Shown: in pieces, positions 49,604-58,331 of the stretch
How positions within the stretch are numbered: position 1 is the stretch's first letter
Layout: every line of letters starts with the position of its first letter
NCBI GenBank assembly: GCA_965209055.1
Contig: OZ242374.1
Coordinates: forward strand, 2,496,001-2,560,000
Length of the DNA: 64,000 bases
Direction: 5' to 3'
Source: Acidobacteriota bacterium
GTDB lineage: Bacteria > Acidobacteriota > UBA6911 > RPQK01 > JAJDTT01
Translations under genes and position numbers: made by a program
The notes under the pieces: model-generated
What the model was told of the DNA's origin: nothing
Databases searched by the model: none
The model's input: only the letters and a program-made list of their open reading frames with translations

Positions 49604-49766
49604 AATTGCCGAGTTTCGTATGGGCAAGAAAAAATGCGCCTAGGGATTGGCGGACGCGAAATCCGAAGCGCTTTTCGCGGATGAATGCTGAGCTTGTCTT
49701 CCTGGAGACAAACGCTGTAGCCGGGGGCGGATTACGGTTCCAAGGGCCGCCGCCGACCGGAAACTC

Positions 49767-51134
49767 TCAAGTCAGCCGGCCGAATCCCTGTTCGGGCAAG
49801 GGGCCCTTCAGTCTGGACTCCAGGTCGTCCTTCCGGAGGGCTTTTTTCAGGACTGCCAGGACCTCGTCCAGGGCCGCCAGGTAGCCGTCGATGACCTCGT
49901 CGGTGTGGGCCAGGGAGACGGTGAACGCTCCCGTGGACAGGTATCCGCGGTCCAGCATTTCCTGGGTCATCAGAGCCTGCAGCGCCAGACTCTTCTCGCC
50001 GTGCCCGAAAGCCATGTGCGACATGGGGTATTGGCCGTGCGGCTGCATGTCGATTCCGTGCCGGCGGGCCAGTTTCCGCCAGCCGTCGTGGACCTTGGCG
50101 CCGATCCTCATGGTGTGCTCCGAGAGGCGGACCCGCTCCATCTTGCGGATGGCGGCGACGGCGGCGGTAGGTCCCACGGCGTCGGTCCAGTAGGTGCTGC
50201 TGATAAAGGAGCTCTGGGCCGCCTCCATTACCTCCCGGCGGCCGATCACGGCGCCCATGGGATAGCCGTTGGAGGTGGACTTGGAATACGCGGCCAAGTC
50301 CGGCTCAACGTCCAGCGTCAGGTGGGCGCCGCCCAGGCAGAACCGCCAGCCGGCGCTGATCTCATCGATGATCATGACCGCGCCGATCCGGTCGGCCAGC
50401 TCGCGGATGCGGTGGAGGAACCGGTCTTTCGGAGGAACGTCCCGGAGCGGTTCCGTAATGATGGCGGCCAGTTTGCCTCCCGTCCGGTCGATGATGGCCT
50501 CCAATTCGTCGATCCGGTTGTAGTGGAAAGGCAGGGCGGTGCCGGCCAGCGAGCGGGGAACTCCCGTCGGGTTCAGGCCCCGCATGAGCAGTCCGTCCAG
50601 GGCGTCGTGGTCCCCCAGGTTGGCCGCCAGATACCAGTCGCTCCAGCCGTGGTAGCCGCAGAAGGCAACCGTCTCCCGCCCCGTGGCGGCCCGCGCAATG
50701 CGGACGGCGACGGACATGGTTTCACCTCCGGCGCGGGCGTAGCGCACCATGTCGGCCCAGGGGTGGAGCTCGCAGAGCAGCTCCGCCAGCTCCACCTCGG
50801 CGGGCGAGTTGAGAGTGGACATGTTTCCGCGGTCGATGGCGCCTCGAACGGCCGCGTTCACATCGGGGTCCGCGTATCCCAGCAGGCAGGCTCCCACGCA
50901 GTGGATGGTGGTGTCGTAGAAATGCCGTCCGTCCAGGTCCCAGATCTCGCATCCGCGAGCCTTGCTGAAATAGGCGGGCCACTGCCGGGGCAGGAACCGT
51001 TCGGGCCGCTTGGAAAGCAGTTGAACTCCTCCCGGGATGAGCTTCTTGGCTTTTCGATACAGCCGTGCGCCGGTGGTTTCGGTCCAATCCACGCCGGAGT
51101 ATTCCGTGATCTCTTTAACGTCGGAGTCATCCAT
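49767..51134 (-). CDS. Class III aminotransferase (GSA-aminomutase-like, glycan-cluster type)
   Basis: IPGGVQLLSKRPE, WDLDGR, GYHGW, IIDEISAGWR, SKSTSNGYP. Confidence 0.85.
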   Translation of the reverse strand: MDDSDVKEITEYSGVDWTETTGARLYRKAKKLIPGGVQLLSKRPERFLPRQWPAYFSKARGCEIWDLDGRHFYDTTIHCVGACLLGYADPDVNAAVRGAIDRGNMSTLNSPAEVELAELLCELHPWADMVRYARAGGETMSVAVRIARAATGRETVAFCGYHGWSDWYLAANLGDHDALDGLLMRGLNPTGVPRSLAGTALPFHYNRIDELEAIIDRTGGKLAAIITEPLRDVPPKDRFLHRIRELADRIGAVMIIDEISAGWRFCLGGAHLTLDVEPDLAAYSKSTSNGYPMGAVIGRREVMEAAQSSFISSTYWTDAVGPTAAVAAIRKMERVRLSEHTMRIGAKVHDGWRKLARRHGIDMQPHGQYPMSHMAFGHGEKSLALQALMTQEMLDRGYLSTGAFTVSLAHTDEVIDGYLAALDEVLAVLKKALRKDDLESRLKGPLPEQGFGRLT

Positions 51135-51310
51135 GATTCTTGCCTCGACTTTCCGTGGGCGGGCGCCTGCGACAGTTTGTGAAAGGCAAAAGTTAGAACC
51201 GTCTCCCGGATAAAGTCAACCGGACCGGCCGGGGTTGAAGGAGACGGTTCACGGAATGCGGTCCGGCGGTGCTGCGGGGCGGCCCGATTCCGGTTGTTAT
51301 AATCCGCACC

Positions 51311-53113
51311 GTGCGGGATCTTCGCCGGCTCTTCCCCTTCATTCGACCCTATTCTCCGCTACTGGTTCTGGCCCTGGTGCTGCTGTCCGTCACCAGCGCC
51401 GTGGAGATGGGAATCGTCCTCCTGCTGGGTCCCCTGTTCAACCAGTGGGCGGGTGTCCCCCTGGGTCCGGAGGGCGGTTTTGTGGACAAGTTCGCGTTCC
51501 TCCGCGACCTGCTGGGCATCGGCGAGGACAACTTCACTCGGATCGCCGTGGCCCTGGTCTGCTTCTCGCTCCTCAAGGGGGTGTTCCTTTATTTCGCGGA
51601 ATATTCCATGAGCTACACGGGCCAGCGCGTGGTGGCCGATCTGCGCAAGCGGCTCTACGGCCATCTGCTGAACCAGTCCCTCTCTTTCTTCGCCCTCAAC
51701 CCCACGGGTCGCCTCATGTCGCGCCTCGTCGTCGACACCGAGCGGTTGCAGCTCATGGTGAGCCGCATGCTGACCGACCTGATGCGGCAGGTCTCGCTGT
51801 TCATCTGTTTCCTGGTCCTGATGATCTACATCGACTGGTTGCTGTCCCTCTTCGCCTGCGTCGTGGGTCCGCTGGTGGTGGCGCTGGCGCTGGCGCTGGG
51901 GCGCCGGGTCCGCCGGGCCGGGCAGGAGAGTCAGGAGAACCTGGAGGAGATGAGCCATCTGCTGCAGGAGACCATCGCCGGCCACCGCACGGTGAAGGCA
52001 TTCTGCATGGAGGAGTACGAAGCCGGCCGCTTCCGCGAGCTGAATCGGCGGCAGGTGCGGGTCAACGTCCAGGCCGCCCGAATCGGCGCCCTGGGGTCCC
52101 CTCTGACCGAGCTCATCGGTTACGTCTCGTTCGTGCCCTTTCTCCTGTACGCCCACAGTCAGATCCAACAGGGTTTCAGCCTGGGAGCCTTCGTCGTCTT
52201 CATCGTCGCCCTGTTCCGGCTCTATGAACCGCTGCGCAAGCTCTCCCGCATGCACCTGCACTTCCAGCACGGGTTCGCCGCCTCCACCCGCATCTTTCAA
52301 CTGCTGGACACCCGGCATGAGGTCCCCCGCGTTCCCGAGGCGCCTCCGCTGCCTCCCCTGAGCCGGGAGATCCGGTTCGAAGACGTGGCGTTCAGCTACC
52401 AGGAAGAAGCTGCGGCGGCGCTCCAGGATGTCGACCTGTCCATTCGCCGGGGAGAAGTCGTGGCCCTGGTGGGGCCGAGCGGCGCCGGCAAGACGACCCT
52501 GGCGAGCCTGATTCCCAGGTTCTTCGACGTGAGCCAGGGGCGGGTCGCCGTCGACGGAACCGACATTCGCAAAGTAGATCTGGACAGCCTGCGGGATCAG
52601 GTCGCCGTCGTGACCCAGGAGGTTTTCCTCTTCAACGACACGGTCCGGGACAACATCGGCTACGGCCGGGAGAACTGCTCGCGGGAGGAGATCGAGGAGG
52701 CGGCCCGGGCGGCCTTCATCCATGACGTCATCACCGCGCTTCCGTCCGGCTACGAGACCGGCATCGGCGAGTGGGGCGAAAAGCTCTCCGGGGGGCAGAG
52801 GCAGCGCCTGGCCATCGCCCGGGCGATTCTGAAGAAGGCTCCGATCCTGATTCTGGACGAGGCCACTTCGGCGCTGGACAGCGAATCGGAGCGGCTGGTC
52901 CAGGAGGCCCTGGACCATCTCATGGCCAACTGCACGACCCTGGTCATCGCCCACCGGCTGTCCACCATCCGGCGGGCCGACCGGATCGTGGTCATGGATG
53001 CGGGACGAATCGTGGAACAGGGCGACCACCGGACACTGCTGAAGACGTCCGGTCTCTACCGCCGCCTCCACCAGCTCCAGTTCTCGGCGCCGGGGGCAGG
53101 CAACGGAGGCTAG
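51311..53113 (+). CDS. msbA: MsbA-like ABC transporter (TMD+NBD)
   Basis: ABC transmembrane domain, GPSGAGKT, LSGGQRQR, LDEATSALD; start uncertain (51269 or 51311). Confidence 0.75.
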   Translation: MRDLRRLFPFIRPYSPLLVLALVLLSVTSAVEMGIVLLLGPLFNQWAGVPLGPEGGFVDKFAFLRDLLGIGEDNFTRIAVALVCFSLLKGVFLYFAEYSMSYTGQRVVADLRKRLYGHLLNQSLSFFALNPTGRLMSRLVVDTERLQLMVSRMLTDLMRQVSLFICFLVLMIYIDWLLSLFACVVGPLVVALALALGRRVRRAGQESQENLEEMSHLLQETIAGHRTVKAFCMEEYEAGRFRELNRRQVRVNVQAARIGALGSPLTELIGYVSFVPFLLYAHSQIQQGFSLGAFVVFIVALFRLYEPLRKLSRMHLHFQHGFAASTRIFQLLDTRHEVPRVPEAPPLPPLSREIRFEDVAFSYQEEAAAALQDVDLSIRRGEVVALVGPSGAGKTTLASLIPRFFDVSQGRVAVDGTDIRKVDLDSLRDQVAVVTQEVFLFNDTVRDNIGYGRENCSREEIEEAARAAFIHDVITALPSGYETGIGEWGEKLSGGQRQRLAIARAILKKAPILILDEATSALDSESERLVQEALDHLMANCTTLVIAHRLSTIRRADRIVVMDAGRIVEQGDHRTLLKTSGLYRRLHQLQFSAPGAGNGG

Positions 53114-53137
53114 CTCCGGCCGGTGGCGCCGGGACCG

Positions 53138-53968
53138 TCAGCCCTCGTCGGGCCCGTACAGGGCATCCAACAGGGCGTCGCTCATGCCGACGGAGCTGAA
53201 TCCGCCGTCGTGGTAGAGGTTCTGCATCGTGACCTTGCGGGTCAGGTCCGAGACCAGCGCCACGACGAAATCGGCGCAGTCCTCGGCTTGGGCATTGCCC
53301 AGGGGCGACATCTTTTCCGCGGCCTCGTAAAGGCGGTCGAATCCCTTGATCCCGCTCCCGGCGGTGGTGCGGGTCGGGCTCTGGGACACGGTGTTGATCC
53401 GGATGCCCCGCCGGCCCAGCCGATACCCGAAGCTCCGGGCCACGCTCTCCAGCAGGGCCTTGGCGTCTCCCATGTCCGAATAACGGGAGAAGATCCGTTG
53501 CGCGCCGATGTAGGTCAGGGCCACGATGCTGCCGCCGTCGTTGAGACTGTCGGACTTGAGCGCTTCGGACACGATCCGGTGCAGGGAGAGGGCCGAGACG
53601 TCCAGCGTCTTGTGGAACCAGTCGTAGTTGAGGTCGCCGTAGGAACGTTTCTTGCGGACGTTGGGAGACATGCCGATGGAATGGACGATGAAGTCGACCC
53701 TTCCCAGCGTGGACTTCAACTCCTGGAAGGCCTTCTCCAGATCCGGCGAGGAAGAGGCGTCGCAGGCGATGAGAGGGGCGTCGCCGCAGGTCCGGGACAG
53801 TTCCCGGATGGGGCCAAAGCGGAACGCCATCCTGGTGTTGGAGAGGGCCAACCGGGCGCCCTCCCGGTGGCAGGCCAGGCTGATTTTCCAAGCCAGGCTC
53901 TGTTCGTTCAGGGGACCGAAGATGAGTCCCCGTTTGTCCCGCAGCAGGTTGTGACTCTCTAGTGACAT
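53138..53968 (-). CDS. fabI: Enoyl-ACP reductase
   Basis: GPLNEQSLAWKI, DFIVHSIGMS, Y..MGDAKALLES, QNLYHDGG. Confidence 0.88.
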   Translation of the reverse strand: MSLESHNLLRDKRGLIFGPLNEQSLAWKISLACHREGARLALSNTRMAFRFGPIRELSRTCGDAPLIACDASSSPDLEKAFQELKSTLGRVDFIVHSIGMSPNVRKKRSYGDLNYDWFHKTLDVSALSLHRIVSEALKSDSLNDGGSIVALTYIGAQRIFSRYSDMGDAKALLESVARSFGYRLGRRGIRINTVSQSPTRTTAGSGIKGFDRLYEAAEKMSPLGNAQAEDCADFVVALVSDLTRKVTMQNLYHDGGFSSVGMSDALLDALYGPDEG

Positions 53969-53982
53969 GAGCGATTCCTCGG

Positions 53983-54714
53983 CTAGTTGACGGGGACCGT
54001 TCCTCCCAGCGTGACCCGGTCCAGGTCGATCCGGCAGCGCCTCGCCACGATCTGCACGCCCCGGGCCCGGGCCTCGTCCAGGGCGGCGGCAAATCCCGGA
54101 TCCAACTCGCGGGCCGCCCGGAAACGGCGGACGTCCTCCCGCTGGATCACGAAGAGAATGGCGGCGCTCCAGCCGTCCTGCTGGGCCAGGTGCGCCAACT
54201 CCCTGGCGTGGCGGGCTCCCCGGGCGGTGACTGCGTCGGGAAAAAGGCCGACTCCGTCTTCCACAAGGGTGACGCTCTTCACCTCCAGGGCCAGTTGCCG
54301 CCCATCCTCCCGGCCCAAGAGGAAATCGATCCTGGAGCGTCTAAGCGCCGCTTCCGCCCGCCGGAGCTCCCAGTCCTCGAACTCGTCGATAGCGGACCGG
54401 GCCAAAGCGCGGCCGACGAGCCGGTTGGGGATCCGGGTGTCGACCGAGACCAGACCGCACCGGTCGGGGTTCTCGACCAGGAGGGCGGTCCAACGGGTCT
54501 TTCTCTTCGCGCCCGAAGCCGGAAGCAGCCAGATCCGGACCCCGGGGATGAGGAGTTCCCGCAGGCGGCCCGGATCGGCCAGATGGGCGTCCACCGGTTC
54601 CGCCTCGCCGAGCGGCCTGCACCTCACCAGAAAGCGGTTGGGGCGCTCCACGAAGACCGCTTCCTGGAGTTTCCCCGGAATGGGGATCCAGGTTCTGGTT
54701 CGTTCTCCCAGCAT
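53983..54714 (-). CDS. sfsA: Sugar fermentation stimulation protein (nuclease-like)
   Basis: RPNRF, HLADPGRLRELL, SRIDFLL, EVKSVTL, FPDAVTARGARH. Confidence 0.92.
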   Translation of the reverse strand: MLGERTRTWIPIPGKLQEAVFVERPNRFLVRCRPLGEAEPVDAHLADPGRLRELLIPGVRIWLLPASGAKRKTRWTALLVENPDRCGLVSVDTRIPNRLVGRALARSAIDEFEDWELRRAEAALRRSRIDFLLGREDGRQLALEVKSVTLVEDGVGLFPDAVTARGARHARELAHLAQQDGWSAAILFVIQREDVRRFRAARELDPGFAAALDEARARGVQIVARRCRIDLDRVTLGGTVPVN

Positions 54715-54766
54715 TCCAGGCCGCCCAGTCTACTACGGATGGGAGCGGCGGATTTCCTGCCCCCGC

Positions 54767-54794
54767 GGAGCGACGGTTTCCAACCGCCGATTCC
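54767..54794 (+). repeat. REP-like repeat, copy 2
   Basis: GGAGCGACGGTTTCCAACCGCCGATTCC. Confidence 0.55.
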
Positions 54795-54866
54795 GGGAAC
54801 GAGGGGCAAGAACGTCCCCTTCTGCGACACTGCGGAAAATGGGGAAAGTGAAGGGGCCGTGTTAGA

Positions 54867-55889
54867 GTGACCTCCAAAAAGGAGGTGTCCTTGGACTTGA
54901 TACGAATCGGCCTCGCCGGTTACGGCGAATGGACCCGCGAAGCCTTGATCCCTTCGCTGGAACGGGACGGCCGGGCGAGGATCGTGGCCGCGGCGGCGCG
55001 CACTTCGGCGACTCGCGCCCGCATCCGGGCGGAACTGGGCTCACACGTCGCGCTGCACTCCGGCTTCGCCGGCCTTTTCGACGAGGAAGTGGACGCCCTC
55101 ATCCTGGCTCTTCCCTCGTCCTTGCACGAGGAAGGGGTTCTGGCCGCCGTCGAATCGGGCCTCCCCTTCTTCCACGAGCCTCCCGTGGCCAATCACCGGG
55201 ATCGGGTCCGTCCCGTCCTGCGGCGTCTCCTGTGCGCCCGTCAGGTGACTCACGCCGACATGGAGCTGCGGTTCATTCCGGTCATCCATCGCGCCGCCCG
55301 GCGTGTGGCGGAGGGCGCCATCGGCGAGCCCCGCACCGCCATGATCTGGATGCGCGGCTCGTGGAGCCCCGATCCGTCGGCGGGAATCAGTCTCATGCAC
55401 TCCCTCTCGCCCTGGTACGTCGACGCACTGGATCAGGTGCTGGGAGTCTCCCCCAAGCGCGTGCTGGTGCAGGACGGCCGGGGGTATCCGGGACGGATGC
55501 AATCCTTTGCCTTGACCCAGCTCGACTACGACGGGGTCTGGGGCAGCTTCGACGCCAACATCTCGGCGGTTCCGGGCATGACCACCAGCCTCGAGGTCAC
55601 GGGCACGGAGGGTGACCTGCAAGCGGATCTTTTCACCGCCGAAATCCGGCTGCGGACCCTGACCCGGCCGGAACCGGAAATCGAACGGGTCCCGGCACTG
55701 GAGCCCTACGCCGGATGGCCCGGGATGTGCGAATGCGTTGCGGCCTTTCTGGATGCCGTCTCCGGTCAAGCCCCCCAGCGCGCCGGAGCCCGGGCCGTCG
55801 CCCGCAGCCATCTGGTGGGACTGGCGGGTGAGCGCTCCATCGACACGGGGACCTGGGCCGAGGTCGAAAGTTTGGCGGTTCTGCAATGA
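54867..55889 (+). CDS. Gfo/Idh/MocA oxidoreductase
   Basis: IRIGLAGYG Rossmann fold, VDALILALP, HEPP in place of EKP. Confidence 0.8.
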   Translation: MTSKKEVSLDLIRIGLAGYGEWTREALIPSLERDGRARIVAAAARTSATRARIRAELGSHVALHSGFAGLFDEEVDALILALPSSLHEEGVLAAVESGLPFFHEPPVANHRDRVRPVLRRLLCARQVTHADMELRFIPVIHRAARRVAEGAIGEPRTAMIWMRGSWSPDPSAGISLMHSLSPWYVDALDQVLGVSPKRVLVQDGRGYPGRMQSFALTQLDYDGVWGSFDANISAVPGMTTSLEVTGTEGDLQADLFTAEIRLRTLTRPEPEIERVPALEPYAGWPGMCECVAAFLDAVSGQAPQRAGARAVARSHLVGLAGERSIDTGTWAEVESLAVLQ

Positions 55890-56416
55890 GCCTCTGGCGT
55901 CTTCTGGGCCTGAACAAGTTGGAATCGTCCCAGGAGCCCGCCGAAGAGGGACACATCGTCCTTGAGATCGCCGCCAAGCTGGATCAACTGGAAGCCTCGG
56001 AAGCCCGATACATCGCCTGCTTCTCCTACATTCTGAACCGCGTGGCCCATGCCGATCTGGAGATCAGTCCGGAGGAAGTCGTCCAGATGGAGACGATCGT
56101 CCGGGAGCAGGGGGGCCTGCCGGAGTCGCAATCGGTTCTGGTGGTTCAGATGGCAAAGACCCACAATCGGCTCTTCGGCGCCACGGACAACTATCTCGTG
56201 ACCCGCGAGTTCAATCGCATCGCCACCCGCAGTCAGAAGCTGGAACTGATGGGTTGCCTCTTGGCGGTGTCGGCCTCCCATGAAGGGATCTCAACGGCCG
56301 AGGACGCCGAAATGCGCCAGATCACCAAAGAACTGCAACTCTCGCACCGGGATTTCATCGCCCTCAGGTCCCGCTTCCGGGACCACCTGAACGTCCTCAG
56401 GAGGATCGAGGAATAA
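55886..56416 (+). CDS. TerB-family protein
   Basis: RVAHADLEISPEE, ISTAEDAEMRQITKEL. Confidence 0.8.
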   Translation: MSLWRLLGLNKLESSQEPAEEGHIVLEIAAKLDQLEASEARYIACFSYILNRVAHADLEISPEEVVQMETIVREQGGLPESQSVLVVQMAKTHNRLFGATDNYLVTREFNRIATRSQKLELMGCLLAVSASHEGISTAEDAEMRQITKELQLSHRDFIALRSRFRDHLNVLRRIEE

Positions 56417-56419
56417 GAG

Positions 56420-56475
56420 GGGCGATTGGAAATCGCCCTTCCGGCCGGGGCGGCGGTTTCCCAACCGCCGATTCC
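56420..56475. repeat. REP-like doublet, copies 3 and 4
   Basis: GGGCGATTGGAAATCGCCC and CGGCGGTTTCCCAACCGCCGATTCC. Confidence 0.6.
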
Positions 56476-56954
56476 TTATCTGGATCCACTTGACCTCGGC
56501 CTGCCGCGAGCAGGGGGTCTTCTGGCGGGTCCTGGGTCGATTACATCCGACGTAGTCGCCATCTGTCGTCACAACAACCCTGTTTTCGAACTCTCAAAGG
56601 AGGGGGTGCCTCCGGAAAACGGTCTCTTGGACGTTCACCGGCCACTCTGGAGCCGAGCGGAAGGCTGACCCCCTGAACCCACGCACCAAGACCTGCGATC
56701 CCGGCAAAAAATCGAGGCGCTTTGTCAGTTGTATTAATAATCGGTGCCAATGGAAACGGAAATTTCACCTGATAACGACACATCTGCTGCGATTGTTAAC
56801 CGCCTCGTGATAAATTTAACGAGTTGTTGATCGATAGGCCCGATCACATGTGTCCGTCGTCCGAGTAACTCCGCAACGTCAAAGGCGCAAGAGAAGGACC
56901 GGCAAAAGCATGGTCCGGCGGGCCATGGGAGGTTCGACCGACTTGGAGACTGTC

Positions 56955-58331
56955 GTGGGGGAGAAAAGGGTCATCATCATCGGTGGAGGAGCCTCCGGGC
57001 TGAGCGCCGCATGGACCCTCAAGAAACGCGGCATCGACCCCATCCTGTTCGAGGCCAACGACCGTGTGGGTGGACGCTTGGGCGGCGACCGGGTGGACGG
57101 TTTCTGTCTGGACGAAGGCGCGGACTTCTTCTGCTCCTCATACGACGTTGCCTTTCGCATGTGCGAGGAGTTGGGATTGCGTCTGGTTGGTTCGGAGATG
57201 AACTTGGGCTGGCGCAGAAACGGCCGGTGGGTGCTCACGACGCCGGTCCAGTCTGTTGGCGCCCTCGTCAGAAACCTGCCGGCGTTCTGGACGCTGGGAT
57301 TCCTCTCGCCCGGGGTCGTCCGGCCGATCCTGAAACTGGTCAGGGAGATCAACCGGCAATCCGAGTACCTGAATTTCTCCAGCGAGTGCAGGATCGTCGA
57401 GATCGACGGAGAGGAGACCTTCGGCGACTACCTGGCGAGGATCGGCGTGCCCGATTATCTGAAGACCACGCTGGCTGGATTCCTCGAGATGACGATGGGT
57501 CGCACCGAAGACGCCGGCGCCGCGTATATGCGGACCTATCTGGCGGAAATGCTGTTGAAGGCCGATCAGATCTACGTTCCGGAGAAGGGCGCAGGCGCTC
57601 TGTCTCACGCGCTGGCCGCCGCGTGCGGAGATGCCGTTCGCGTTTCAACCCCCGTCCGCCGCGTGGTTATCCGGGACGGCGCCGTGGCGAGTGTGATGGT
57701 CGACGACGGCCCCATGGAGGCGGACGCGGTCATCTGCGCCCTTCCCGCCACAAAGGTGGCAGACGTCATCCCCGGCCTGCCGCCCGGTATTCGCCGCACA
57801 CTCGACGGGATCCCCTACTCGCGCGGGTGTCGAGTGGTGATCGGCCTCGACCACGCGCCCCTTCCTCCGGGCTGGCACGGCGCGTTGTATCCCGAAGACG
57901 AGACCCCGCTCTTGCTGGACCGGTCCATCAACCTTCCGGGCATCGCACCGCGGGGCAAGAGCACGCTCGACCTGCTCGTCGGTCGCGACCGCGCGGAGGA
58001 GCTTTTTCCGCTGGACGATGAGGAGATCAAGCGCCGGATGCTCGGCGACGTGCGACGCACCCCCCCTCCCGGCTCCGCGCTTCCCGGCGACGACGAGGGG
58101 GTGTTCACGCGTGTCTACCGTTGGAGGGAGGCCGTATGCATGATGCCGCCCGGCATGTTCAAGGAGATCGCGGAGATGCGCCGTCAACTGCGCGCGGACG
58201 TGAAAAACCTCTTCCTGGCGGGTGACTACATGCGAGTGCCGTCGGTGAACGGGGCCCTGGCCAGTGGCGTCAACGCGGCGACGGAGGTTGCGGACATGCT
58301 GGCGTCCCAAGAAAGTGAAGCCGGTCTATGA
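56955..58331 (+). CDS. FAD-dependent oxidoreductase (amine oxidase / protoporphyrinogen oxidase-like)
   Basis: VIIIGGGASGLSAA, EANDRVGGR, DEGA, LAGDY...GALASG; GTG start with GGAG RBS. Confidence 0.85.
   Translation: MGEKRVIIIGGGASGLSAAWTLKKRGIDPILFEANDRVGGRLGGDRVDGFCLDEGADFFCSSYDVAFRMCEELGLRLVGSEMNLGWRRNGRWVLTTPVQSVGALVRNLPAFWTLGFLSPGVVRPILKLVREINRQSEYLNFSSECRIVEIDGEETFGDYLARIGVPDYLKTTLAGFLEMTMGRTEDAGAAYMRTYLAEMLLKADQIYVPEKGAGALSHALAAACGDAVRVSTPVRRVVIRDGAVASVMVDDGPMEADAVICALPATKVADVIPGLPPGIRRTLDGIPYSRGCRVVIGLDHAPLPPGWHGALYPEDETPLLLDRSINLPGIAPRGKSTLDLLVGRDRAEELFPLDDEEIKRRMLGDVRRTPPPGSALPGDDEGVFTRVYRWREAVCMMPPGMFKEIAEMRRQLRADVKNLFLAGDYMRVPSVNGALASGVNAATEVADMLASQESEAGL

Noticed and set aside
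49767-51134. Calling this gene hemL
   Set aside because: Lacks the HemL PGGVNSPVRA signature
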